Positions 51,781-63,616 of a stretch of 64,000 bases of DNA are shown piece after piece. Under the pieces are notes generated by a model. It had not been told where the DNA came from, did no database searches, and worked only from the letters and a program-made list of their open reading frames with translations. The DNA is from Albugo candida (lineage: Eukaryota): contig JBDOQK010000023.1 of the NCBI GenBank assembly GCA_040437565.1, forward strand, positions 248,001 through 312,000. Direction: 5' to 3'. Position 1 is the first letter of the stretch; every line of letters begins with the position of its first letter. Both the position numbers and the translations under genes were made by a program.

Positions 51781-51945
51781 CGAAATCGCATTCAATATGG
51801 ACGCATGCATACGAAGAAAATACGGCTTGCAAGTAGAGAAACTTTTGATTGAAGATGTAATATATGACCAGTTTTATACTTGACGACGTTCTGTCAGTTG
51901 TTCTCAAGTCAAACACACTGATTATATTTCAAATACAAATGATAT

Positions 51946-52719
51946 TCATGTCCGAATTTTAGCACCAACCAGAGGAATGTGGCTAATCATGTAAACCATC
52001 GAGTTTCGTGCACCACTATACACTCCATACGTGACATACTTTATGCTGCGCATGGTGATACTGTGGACGGCTGAGACCGCATCGACTCCGACTCCAACAG
52101 CTCCGGATGCAGACGAGGTGGCGCGTTTCGCTGATTCTGATATCACATGCACGGCCTTGTTTTTCTTCTTTATAATGAAAAGTTCTCCTTTCAGAATTTT
52201 GGTGATCACCGCACTGATCATTTCGTCTACTTTATCATCCAGCCGTTCCAGTCGAGGAACAATGCTTTTCTCATCGATATCGTACAATGACTTCTTTGCC
52301 ACCTTGAGGACAATTGTATTTGCAATCGATTCATTCACTCGTGCCATGTACGCAATCAACGGAAAGCTCGTCGTGTAGGCATAAATCCTCTTGGTGAAGT
52401 CGTAGTAATACGAGATTCGCGCAAAAAATGGTCGATGTGGGTAATGGAGCGCCATAGCGGTCTTGGGATCACCCATCAAGGCAGCAGCTGCTTCGCCTTG
52501 TATACGAGCAGCCGGTTCGCCTGCATACTTTTGCGTCCTTGTTTTACTCGTCCATATCGCTTCGAATTGAATGGTAACGATTCCATCAAGGTCGGGGGTC
52601 TCTACCTCGAGTACTTTTGGTGAGAATTGAATCAGCAATAGATCATTGATTTTGATTTTGTACGATCCCAGAACCTCCTCATTTGCATTGATCACGTTGA
52701 ATGTAGCGATATGATTCAT
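51946..52719 (-). CDS. Hypothetical protein with a C2-like beta region and an amphipathic helical C-terminus; start uncertain
   Basis: FNVINANEEVLGSYKIKINDL..GIVTIQF resembles the second half of a C2 domain. It is followed by helical amphipathic, Ala/Ser/Val-rich segments. Confidence 0.55.
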   Translation of the reverse strand: MNHIATFNVINANEEVLGSYKIKINDLLLIQFSPKVLEVETPDLDGIVTIQFEAIWTSKTRTQKYAGEPAARIQGEAAAALMGDPKTAMALHYPHRPFFARISYYYDFTKRIYAYTTSFPLIAYMARVNESIANTIVLKVAKKSLYDIDEKSIVPRLERLDDKVDEMISAVITKILKGELFIIKKKNKAVHVISESAKRATSSASGAVGVGVDAVSAVHSITMRSIKYVTYGVYSGARNSMVYMISHIPLVGAKIRT

Positions 52720-53322
52720 ATCCGTGACATCACTATGCGTGATAAAAACCTTGTAAGAAGAAGAAGAGAAGCCCGGAAACTTACAAATTGAGTATATCCG
52801 AGCTCGGAAGAGAATCCGACATTCTACCAGTAAGTAATCGATCGTCAATGCCAACTTGGACGGCCAATGGCTGCTTTTTGGTCCCACTACTTGTCAGCCC
52901 AAGCACTTTATACAAGTGAGCTTATGCTTGCATCCTGCCAATATAAACACGACGATACCTTTAATCCCGAGATTCCCAGTCGACATGATCAATTTGACTC
53001 AAATAGCGATTCGAATTGTGGCAACTGAGTCGAAAGAAAGAATATAAATGAGAAAGGTGGTTTACGATATTGACAGTTAATTCATAGATGATACCGTTGA
53101 AGCGCATTAGCATTCCGAACAAACTCTGCAATCGCTTCCTTTGACTTGCTGCAGACCTCATGAGCCCACCCATAAGCCACATAATTTGATACTGCATCGT
53201 CTCCACCCATGAACAGCGTTCATTCATTAGTAGCTCCTTTGAACGCCAAACACGTCGGTGATCGAGTTTGAGCTCATCTTTGTTACGCACCAATCAAATA
53301 TCATTCCATTTCTGAGACAAAT

Positions 53323-54604
53323 ATGCGCTTCCAAGCCCTTTTACGAGCAAATTGGAAGGCAACTGGACTGCTTCCCGTAGGATATGCTTCCATTTACGAT
53401 TCTCGCGACGCAATATTGACCGAGTCTCATAAACGTGCTTCGATATCAGCAGAGGATTTTCTGTATAAAAACCTATCGAGCGATGATACTCCACGAAATA
53501 GCGTGGAATTTGATAAAAATGCTCCCATGCGAAATCGGATGGAAGCGTTAATTTCACGAGTCCAGCAAGAAATATGTAAAGGAATTGAGGAGATTGACGG
53601 TGATGTATTTCGCATGGATGAATGGGCACGAGAGGGTCACGGTGGAGGTGGGAAGACTTGCATTCTGCAAGATGGAAATGTCTTTGAAAAAGCAGGAGTT
53701 GGAATCTCCATTGTTCATGGAATTCTTCCTCCAGCTGCGATGCAGCAGATGAAACAGCGTGGAAAAATTCTGGAAGAGACGAAATCGCTTCCATTTTACG
53801 CGTGTGGTATCAGCCTGGTGATTCATCCTCACAATCCGATGGCACCGACAATTCATTCAAATTATCGATACTTTGAAGTCGAGACCGGACAAGTCGATGA
53901 GCTTGGAAAGCCAAAAATTCTCTCATGGTTTGGTGGAGGAACAGATTTGACACCGAGTTATATCTTTGATCAAGATGCTCGACATTTCCATGCTGTGTAC
54001 AAGGTGAAGCTGGATCAGATCGATACAAAACTCTATCCAAAAATGAAAAAAGATTGCGATACTTATTTTTTTATTCCGCATCGCCAAGAAGGAAGAGGAA
54101 TTGGTGGTATTTTTTTTGATGATTTCGAGGAGAATAAGGAGCAAACGTTCCAAATGGTGCGAGCATGCGCGAATTCAGTGTTGGATTCCTACGTTCCTAT
54201 TTTACAGCGGAGAATCACAATGCCATTTTCAAAAAAGCAGAAAGAATGGCAACAGCTCCGTCGTGGGCGGTATGTGGAGTTTAATATCATGTACGATCGT
54301 GGAACAAAGTTTGGCCTCTGCACACCAGGAGCCCGTACAGAATCGATTCTGATGTCGCTACCGCTAACGGCTCGATGGGAATACATGAACCAGGTACTCC
54401 ATTCCATTCCCACATCATTCATTCAATTAACCTCGTGATTCTACGTAGCCACATCCGGGATCCTGGGAAGCTGAAACACTTGAGATTTTGAAGAAACCAG
54501 TCGACTGGATGGAAGTAACTTTGATGGATTTGGATAAGCTCTCCAACGGTCAATTACTCGCAGAAATCGCGAGGCGTTCAAAAGAAGAGCTTCATGGGAA
54601 ATAG
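53323..54604 (+). CDS. CPOX: Oxygen-dependent coproporphyrinogen III oxidase, 2 exons
   Basis: FEKAGV, SLVIHPHNPMAPTIHSNYRYF, WFGGGTDLTP, RGIGGIFFDD, QQLRRGRYVEFN..YDRGTKFGL, ESILMSLP. Intron 54394-54448 splices in frame to PHPGSWE..KPVDW. Confidence 0.97.
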
Positions 54605-54868
54605 TTGGAGTCGGTGTAGTGTGCATCAACCAAATAAATGAGCAAAGCAGCTCAGCAAATGTCACATTTTGAATGTCCTGTAAGTCACTTCCTGCAGTGA
54701 CAACCTGCTTACGATTCTCTGGCAAATATGCATAATATGGACAGAAGCATGCGTGACGCGTATGGACCATATCGGCTCTGCAATTTGAAAAAGAGTGCTC
54801 ACTTTAACACATAGAAGCGGATGCATTACATAGAGATGCTTCTAGCTTCTACCAACAAGATGATCGTG

Positions 54869-57102
54869 TCAGAGCCCAATCCAATACGACCTTCCGTTCG
54901 GATTATGGATGGGTGAGGTCACCTGCGATGTCTTCACGGTCCACTCATACCACACCTTTTGATGCTGCGTCATCCTCCATATCGAGACTTTGATCGTGTC
55001 TCCTTGCTCCACCTGAATTGGTTGTCGGATCGGAAAATATATCGGGAACCAGCTAAACATTCCGTCGGAATGAGTCGTTGGATTGATACTTAGCATCACA
55101 TCCTCCAATAACACTGTATCAAAGTACCCAGCCAGCCCATGAATCACTGATGATTGATCAGCGATAAAATTAAGTTCGATGAATCTCCGATTATCTGGCA
55201 ATTGAGGCTTATTTGTATCAGATGATCGAGAAAAGCTTTTGCTCGGGTGTGTGAACGTAAAGCAAGCTTGAGATTCCGCGATCGAGTAGATATTATGCAG
55301 TCGAACAACATACGGCGTCTCAAAGTGCTTCAGCGACTCGAACGATTTCACATCGTTCCAAAGCTTGGATGACATGATCGGTGCAACGTACGATGTGTAT
55401 TTGCACGGGATGCTGATACCATTTGCTACAAAAAGCATTGTAAATGCGGCAGAGTAGAGGTTGATTGTTGCGAGAACGTACGATGTAGGAACGCTTGAGC
55501 CCCATCTAAACACTCTGGAGACAGTTCATTATCGCTAAAGGACCCCAATAACTCACTGACCATGATATCTGCCTACAAATCACCATTGAGCATGTAGATA
55601 AAAACGAACTCAATTCCATATTCTTACTTTCTCAGTCGCATTCCAAAATCGCATATCGGACGCAATAATTGTGACATTATCCCATTTTTCGGATTCCTTC
55701 AAATTACGAAGCGTTATGATCGCATTTGGATTCTTCTCAATAGCGTAGACTCGAATATCACGACATGCTGCTGTAGCCGCCCGCAAGCAACAACGAACAA
55801 TCGGTCCTCTTCCTGCCCCCACAACCATAACAACTGGGACTTGTGAGCCTGTGAATCGAAGAAGTGCTTTTTTCACCGCGACTTCATATTGATCATATTT
55901 GAAATTATCTTGTTCGAATGTCTCGTACGTTTGTGACTCCAAATTATCCATCAATGGTTGCAGAGGAGCCTGGAGATAATCCAAGTATGGGGCTTCAAAT
56001 TTTGCTTTACCATTCAAAGGACTCTTCTTCTCATGCAGATAATGTATATACTGAACGTACGGAAGGTACGAGCCACGATGAAATGGCTTCCCTTTGAAAA
56101 AAAAATGTATCCGAAAATTGAATAATCTGTCGAGACAAAAGCGTTGATGACATTGCGAAAGCGTTGGGTATCCTTTACGATTCGTCAAAAAGATATCAGT
56201 TGGTAGTATGACTGCCTATACAAAATCACATGAGTACACATTTGCTCGGAATCGCATGTTCACGCTTACCCGAACAGGTTCACCCATCCAACGACGCAAT
56301 TCAGCATCCGACGGTATGTCAGCGCCGATTTCTAGGACAATACAAATTTTGGGATTAAAGTCACACAAAGTACGCAAACTGTTCCAAATCTGTCAATACA
56401 AAAATTATCATTGGCAACTGACACTTGACAACTTTTAACCTTCCAAGAATTTTCCGAGCTGGCCATTGTCGTAGGCGTTTGGATCCAAAACTGTAAGTAT
56501 TGTGCTTGGATCGCCAGTTGGTTTAATATTCGAGCATAATTGGAGCAATCAGTGGTTTTTGGGAACGGAAGCACGACCGCTTGAATTGAAAGATGCGTCG
56601 CCCATGCAACCTCTTGTTTTAGTACTTTTTCAGCGACATTTCGGGTTTGTAGGCAAGTGGAATCGGGGTGTATCCATCGTGATACAACTCCGTAGATCGA
56701 AGTGGTCCAAACAGTGGAAGGTACCACGAGATCCGATCCTAAGGAATTGCATGGATCAGCGCTACTGTATGCATGATGCCGATAAGTAGACGAGCACACT
56801 TGCTTGTTGCGGGTCCAAGACGGGCGTCTGCAATACCAATGTCATCTCTTTTGAATCTGTGAAGGAAGCAGTAGAACGAGTGGAGGAGGCAGCTGAAATG
56901 TAGTTATTATAACCGTGGATGAAATAGAGGTGTCATTAATAGCGACATTTTCTCTTCTTGTAACTATACAAATAGTGAGATTATGTTATATAAAGCGTTA
57001 AAGGATAGTGGCAATGTAATGGATGCACACCTTTCCTATTGTGTTCGGTAGGTCGTAGCAAAACGGCGTCACGAGCCCATAACGAAGTCGATCATTGGTC
57101 AT
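54869..57102 (-). CDS. PRMT5: Protein arginine N-methyltransferase 5 (Skb1/Hsl7), multi-exon
   Basis: [95 protein letters not shown]. Start MTNDRLRYG at 57102. Confidence 0.96.
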
Positions 57103-57717
57103 GTTTGAGTCGAATGCGCTATAATGCGGGAGTATACTGTACTATATTATACTTCCTTGATTTTGTAGTAGTCAGTCACACTTTGGTTGTAGTGTGTGGG
57201 TATTTTATAAGGCCTTGGAACTTGCTTATCGATACTTAAGGGATCGAGAGGAAACGTCCTTCCGTCTAGCATGGTACACTNNNNNNNNNNNNNNNNNNNN
57301 NNNNNNNNNNNNNNNNNNNNNNNNNNNNNNNNNNNNNNNNNNNNNNNNNNNNNNNNNNNNNNNNNNNNNNNNNNNNNNNNGACATTTTCTCTTCTTGTAA
57401 CTATACAAATAGTGAGATTATGTTATATAAAGCGTTAAAGGATAGTGGCAATGTAATGGATGCACACCTTTCCTATTGTGTTCGGTAGGTCGTAGCAAAA
57501 CGGCGTCACGAGCCCATAACGAAGTCGATCATTGGTCATGTTTGAGTCGAATGCGCTATAATGCGGGAGTATACTGTACTATATTATACTTCCTTGATTT
57601 TGTAGTAGTCAGTCACACTTTGGTTGTAGTGTGTGGGTATTTTATAAGGCCTTGGAACTTGCTTATCGATACTTAAGGGATCGAGAGGAAACGTCCTTCC
57701 GTCTAGCATGGTACACT
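56944..57717. repeat. Gap-flanking direct duplication (assembly overlap)
   Basis: 56944-57280 recurs at 57381-57717. Confidence 0.9.
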
Positions 57718-58263
57718 TACTCAGTGGACAATAGCGAAGCCAGAATGACGTTCGAATTGGACACTGCGCCTTTTCATTGCGAAAGATCGTATTGTGTATC
57801 GAGGTAACCAGATTTACTCAATATACTGTGATTCAATCAGGTGCAATGTACGCTGGTTACCCTGATTGTTTCGTACCATCATGGTCATATCATAATGTGC
57901 CATATTTACGACAGGTCACATCGCACCTCACAGTCACGAGTGGTTTCTATTGATGTATACCTGGTGGTACCAATACCAATTCCATTTACCATCCACTTGC
58001 CGCTGTGCCAATTTATAAATGATCGTGGAATCACGTTAGTGGCGAAGACGGAACGGATCTCCGCTTTAGAGTACACTTTTTGTATCGTGCTCCAGTGGAG
58101 TATACAAAGAAATGATTGTAGTTACTTTCTACCTCGGCCGCATCTAGTCGCACTGTACAAATGAATCACCGCGTTCCCTATAAGCGTCAAATAAATTGAT
58201 TCCATGGTGTCAACCTTGATCATGTGCTGTGACACAAAAGGCCTCCCAGAAGTCACCTTCACA

Positions 58264-58609
58264 GGTGGCAGAATTTCTTGCTAGATCGTCGATATGATTT
58301 GCATTTTAAAGCGCACTATTTAGCGACAGCGTTGAGACTCGATGCTGAAATGCTTAAGTTATAGTTTTGGGTTCTCACATTCGCTTNNNNNNNNNNNNNN
58401 NNNNNNNNNNNNNNNNNNNNNNNNNNNNNNNNNNNNNNNNNNNNNNNNNNNNNNNNNNNNNNNNNNNNNNNNNNNNNNNNNNNNNNGGTGGCAGAATTTC
58501 TTGCTAGATCGTCGATATGATTTGCATTTTAAAGCGCACTATTTAGCGACAGCGTTGAGACTCGATGCTGAAATGCTTAAGTTATAGTTTTGGGTTCTCA
58601 CATTCGCTT
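58264..58609. repeat. Gap-flanking direct duplication (assembly overlap)
   Basis: 58264-58386 recurs at 58487-58609. Confidence 0.9.
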
Positions 58610-58953
58610 CCTTTGCACCATTTTGGTACAGTTAACTATACCGAGGTCGAAATCCTAGTAGAGAATTAAGATGGCGTTCATTGTAAAAACGTCCACTACA
58701 GAAGGGAATAATATGAGGACAAAAGTGGATTACGCAATGTAACCAACTACCTCATTTCGTTTCAATCCTCATGAATGACTATCGTGTCGAGTATTTTACG
58801 CAACGAAAGAAGAGACGAGTTTTCCACAAGTATACAGACCTTCCACAGCCGTTACAAAGCTAGAATGAGACAGCAACACGCGACAGTACAGTACAAGCTA
58901 CTTGTTTAAATATTACGATCGAAATGGATGAGAATACTGCTTACAAAAAAGGT

Positions 58954-59821
58954 CTAAATGCTGGTAAAGATCGAATATGTATCTGTCGGCAAAGGAGAAT
59001 CAGGAGCAAACTCAGATGACGATTGGACTAGATATCGCCATTTGCTTGTGATTCGTAGTTTCCAGTACAGCAACCCCAGCCCACAAATACATGTAACTGC
59101 GATGCAAGTACCCATAGCATGTTGAAACTGTACCCACGCTAGTAGTGGAATCAATATTAAAAACGAAGAGATTCCTATCAAATTTATGTGAGTACTTTCG
59201 ATCGCTGAGATCTGAAATCACGTACCTGCACAAAAAAAGCGGTACGCCATAACCCACTCATTCTCACATCGCCGTAACCACCATATACAAAAGGGAGACA
59301 CTATTTCTAGCTGGTAAACTGGTAAGCCTCGCACTTCAATTTCAAGAGTATGCGTAACATAACGTGTGATTGCCAAAAGCAAAAGTGTGCAAATCAGCAT
59401 GCTCATCCACATAAAGAGAAACTACATGTATACCGTTGATACGATGAACCTCGCGTACTCAAATGACTCGTACCACAATAACTCCGGCTCCAGCGTATAT
59501 AACCAGCAAGAACTGATTCAAGTCAGGCGGTAAGCTAACTTCGACCATTGTGATCATCGTAAACGCGGACAAAAGAGCCCCTAGTTGTGCGATCGAAGTT
59601 AATTGACTGTGTCGTGCATCAATAATCCTCTTTTCATTTTCCAATTTGAATATGCGATATTCGCGCTCCAAGTCATCGTTTCTCCATGCGATTTCACGCT
59701 GAATTGCATCTTCTCGCCATTGCTTTTCCTGTTCACGATGTTTCAAATCTTCATCTCGCCATTGTTTTGCATTTTTGATATCGTACGACCCAAAAACGGC
59801 ATCGACAACTGCCGAAGCCAT
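58954..59821 (-). CDS. ORAI: Orai/CRAC-family calcium channel homologue, 3 exons, 254 aa
   Basis: Exons 59821-59474, 59421-59226 and 59174-58954 splice in frame (GT-AG). TM1 ALLSAFTMITMVEVSL compares with human Orai1 ALLSGFAMVAMVEVQL, TM2 MLICT with LMIST, and TM3 LLAWVQF with LLCWVKF. A fourth TM is present. Confidence 0.8.
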
Positions 59822-60289
59822 TCGCGTGAATATTCCGTCGGAATCGGATCAATGAATCATAGAGACGAGTTGTATCGGTTTTCTAGACATAATTTGATTG
59901 GTAGTAATCAAACTAAAAAAGTCCTTTTCAGCAACAAAATTGAAGCGACATCGACCCGAACACATCTTACACGCAAAGTAATAAAACGTTTGAAGCACAA
60001 GCAATGCACTTAAAAAAGCAACCTCCAACGTGGAATTTTTCAACGGCTCAAACTTTTGAAAATCCTTGCGTCGTAAAACGATCAAGGAAACTCACAAGCA
60101 AAGTACACCTTCTCATGTAACCGATACAATTGCCACTTGCGATCTCGAAACGTGTACAAAAAATAGCACTTATCCATGTAACCGGCCATTACCTTTGGAA
60201 ATCTCAATAAATCTAAAAAAATCACTTCATCGTAATGAAACGCCACTGCTTATTTCCGTGTATTCTGCTAGGAATCGCATTGGTTCCAC

Positions 60290-60307
60290 CTCATTTCAAA
60301 ACTTTCT
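60290..60307 (+). promoter_or_regulatory. INR+FPR-like core promoter
   Basis: CTCATTTCAAAACTTTCT lies about 65-80 nt upstream of ATG 60371 and resembles oomycete YCAYTYY-n-WTTT. Confidence 0.4.
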
Positions 60308-60370
60308 ATCTCCAACTCAGTTTGTGATCATTTATTTTATCAACTTTCACGTCTTTGTACAGTTGAGTCA

Positions 60371-63300
60371 ATGCGTTCTATCACGATCGTCAGTCTGCTC
60401 TATAGCTCCACTGCTTATAAAACGTGCACTATAAACCCATCGATCCCTACCACTTGCAATGGTTACCAAGGGTGGCAACCAGTCAAAGTGCAGAACGTTG
60501 GGACGTTTTGTGCACTAGGAGACATCTGTGGTGGCTCTAAAAACAAGAGCTGTCCAGAACCGCAGCAAGGTCTTCCCTTTGGCTCGCGATGTATGCTGGA
60601 AAGCGGCAACTATGAATGTGTAGCTAAAAAAAGCTGTGATGACGATGTGCCCGTCAAAGTACGTCCTCAATGCAAAGTGTCTGTGAGTCCACCTCCAATT
60701 GCAACCACTCCAAATACAGCAATTCCAACAGCTCCAGTAAACCCTGGTCTCTCTCAAGAAAACTCACCACCAAAAAAGATGGAAAATGTACCGGCTCCAC
60801 CTCCCAAAACCACTGAGGGTTCGTACTCTCCACCATTTACTCCGTCACCTCCCGGAGCTAATGTCCCAATGACACCAAAGACCGAGACGTCGAAAGTACC
60901 AGAAGCGTGGCAACCAACTCCACCAACAAAGACCCCGGAAGTACCAAAGACCCCGGAAGCTCCAAAGGTTCCTGAAACCATCAAAACTCCGACCCCAAAA
61001 TCTCCAATAACTCCGGATACACCAAAATCGCCGACCCCAGAAGCTCCAAAAAATCCTGATGCACCGAAAGCTCCCTTTACCCCCAGTACTCCGGATGCTC
61101 CAAAAGTCCCGGACGCATCTAAAATCCCATCTCCAGAAACCCCAAAGGTCCCAGAAAGTGTCAAAACTCCGGATGTACCGAAACCTTCAACATCAGATGT
61201 TCCAAAAACACCTCAGACCCCAAGTGTACCAAAAACTCCGGAAACATCAAACGTCCCACCCACTCCTCCAAGTAGTACCGTACCACCACCTCCTCAAAAC
61301 AAAGAAACTATTCCAGCTCCACCAACTTCCAAGGTACCAGTAAGCTATCCATCGCCTCCTTCAACACCTTCACAAGTGACCCCACCATTCAACTTTACAG
61401 TTACGAATCCTCCAAAAAATGAAAGCTCGGTACCTTTTGTGCCGTCAAACTCGAATGTACCAACACCTTCTCCGACCCCTTGTTTACCATTGCCTCCAAT
61501 AAAGGCCGAGGATACTCCTATTGTACCATCAGGGAATACAACAAACTCTTCTGTTCCGATCCCGTCGTCAGCACAAAACCCTCCAAAAAATGAAAGTGGT
61601 CTTGCACCTCCTACGGTTCCGTCACCGGCTCCTTCTCCATCTCAACCCACTCCGAAAAATGAAGTGCCGAATGCTCCAAAAAACGAAACAAAAGTTGGCG
61701 TCCCCGTTTCAGCAAAAAATGATAGCGCCCCAACCCCTCCTGTCGTACCAAAAGTGGAAGTACCTCCTGCTTCAAACAATGAAACAAAAGTGAGCGTTCC
61801 CGTCCCTTCCAAGAATGAAAGTGGGCCTGCTCCTCTTGTCGTTCCATTCCCGACACCAGTTCCATCCCAAAGTCCTCCAAAAGTGGATATTCCCCCTCTT
61901 CCAAAAAATGAAACGAATGTCAATGTTCCTGTTCCTGCAAAGAATGAAAGTGCTCCGACACCCCCTGTCGTTCCGATTCCACCTTCTTCGTATCAAGTAC
62001 CCAATACCACAAAAAATGAAACGAAAGTAACCGTCCCCGTTTCAGCAAAGAATGAAAGCGGGCCTGCTCCTCCGGTCGTTCCTTTCCCAACCCCAGCTCC
62101 ATCACAAAGTCCCCCAAAAGTGGAAATACCTCCTTCAAAAAACGAAACGAAAGTAAACGTCCCCGTTCNNNNNNNNNNNNNNNNNNNNNNNNNNNNNNNN
62201 NNNNNNNNNNNNNNNNNNNNNNNNNNNNNNNNNNNNNNNNNNNNNNNNNNNNNNNNNNNNNNNNNNNNTTCCGTCACCGGCTCCTTCTCCATCTCAACCC
62301 ACTCCGAAAAATGAAGTGCCGAATGCTCCAAAAAACGAAACAAAAGTTGGCGTCCCCGTTTCAGCAAAAAATGATAGCGCCCCAACCCCTCCTGTCGTAC
62401 CAAAAGTGGAAGTACCTCCTGCTTCAAACAATGAAACAAAAGTGAGCGTTCCCGTCCCTTCCAAGAATGAAAGTGGGCCTGCTCCTCTTGTCGTTCCATT
62501 CCCGACACCAGTTCCATCCCAAAGTCCTCCAAAAGTGGATATTCCCCCTCTTCCAAAAAATGAAACGAATGTCAATGTTCCTGTTCCTGCAAAGAATGAA
62601 AGTGCTCCGACACCCCCTGTCGTTCCGATTCCACCTTCTTCGTATCAAGTACCCAATACCACAAAAAATGAAACGAAAGTAACCGTCCCCGTTTCAGCAA
62701 AGAATGAAAGCGGGCCTGCTCCTCCGGTCGTTCCTTTCCCAACCCCAGCTCCATCACAAAGTCCCCCAAAAGTGGAAATACCTCCTTCAAAAAACGAAAC
62801 GAAAGTAAACGTCCCCGTTCCTTCGAAGAACGAAAGTGGGCCTGCTCCTCCTGTCGTTCCATTCCCGACACCTACTCCGTCCCAAAATCCTCCAAAAGTG
62901 GATATCCCCCTTCTTCCAAAAAATGAATCAAAAGTAAATGATCCTGTTCTTGCAAAGAACGAGAGTGCCTCAATGTCTCCTGTCGTTCCAAAGGTGGAAG
63001 TACCCAACCCACCAAAAACCGACAATCCCATCACACCTCCGGACAGTCCTCTTCCATCGTCTGCTTATGGCCCTCCTCCTGCCCCTCCCCTCTTTCAAAA
63101 ACCTGAGTCCAACGCGGCCCCACCAGTTCCTGTTCCCAACGCCCCGAAACAACTTTCCACTACACCATCCGTCACTACTCCAGTCACTACCCCAGTCACA
63201 CCTGCGGTAAAGACCGAAACCTCCGCCACCCCTCCGATTGTTCCGTCTCCATCTTCAGCGTATGGGACTCCATCAGTGCCTCGAACAGTTCCCGTGGCTG

Positions 63301-63485
63301 CACCCCCAGCATCGCCAATATCATCTCAGAAAATTGAAAATGCTCCCACAAATTCTCTTCCTCCAAACAATCAAATTCCTCCATCCAGAAGTTCCCCTGC
63401 AACTCCAATCACTGTCCCTACACCAATCTCAGTCCCACCTACCAAATCGACACCTAATGGCGCATACGGCCCTTCTGCGTATTAA
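60371..63485 (+). CDS. Secreted Pro/Thr/Ser-rich mucin-like repeat protein with an N-terminal Cys-rich oomycete domain, about 820 aa after collapsing the duplication
   Basis: Signal peptide, then V.VQNVGTFC...ICGG...CP..Q.GLPFGS.C...YECV, TP(E/D)xPK repeats and KNE(S/T) repeats. Removing the overlap (61617-62168 = 62269-62820) gives an in-frame 2463-nt ORF. Confidence 0.85.
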
Positions 63486-63616
63486 CGTATCCGATCCAAA
63501 ACACAAGCAAAGATGAAAGCTGAAAATGATCCTGTCCATTTGTAGTACATGTGAGCCGTAAGGAATATATAATAATTCATACATTTAAACGTTTCTTAAT
63601 TTGCCAACTCAATTTT

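Noticed and set aside
53294-53794. Long antisense ORFs over CPOX, GPx (46521-47018), SDHA and the mucin gene
   Set aside because: Shadow frames of well-supported genes on the opposite strand.
57120-57200. Short hairpins upstream of PRMT5 (GGGAGTATA/TATACTTCC; CACAC/GTGTG) as a possible ncRNA
   Set aside because: Stems are short and there are no convincing H/ACA, C/D or tRNA box motifs.
61580-63010. Regularly spaced DNA repeats resembling an array or CRISPR
   Set aside because: The repeats are codon-phased with synonymous variation inside a protein, in a eukaryote with no cas genes in view.
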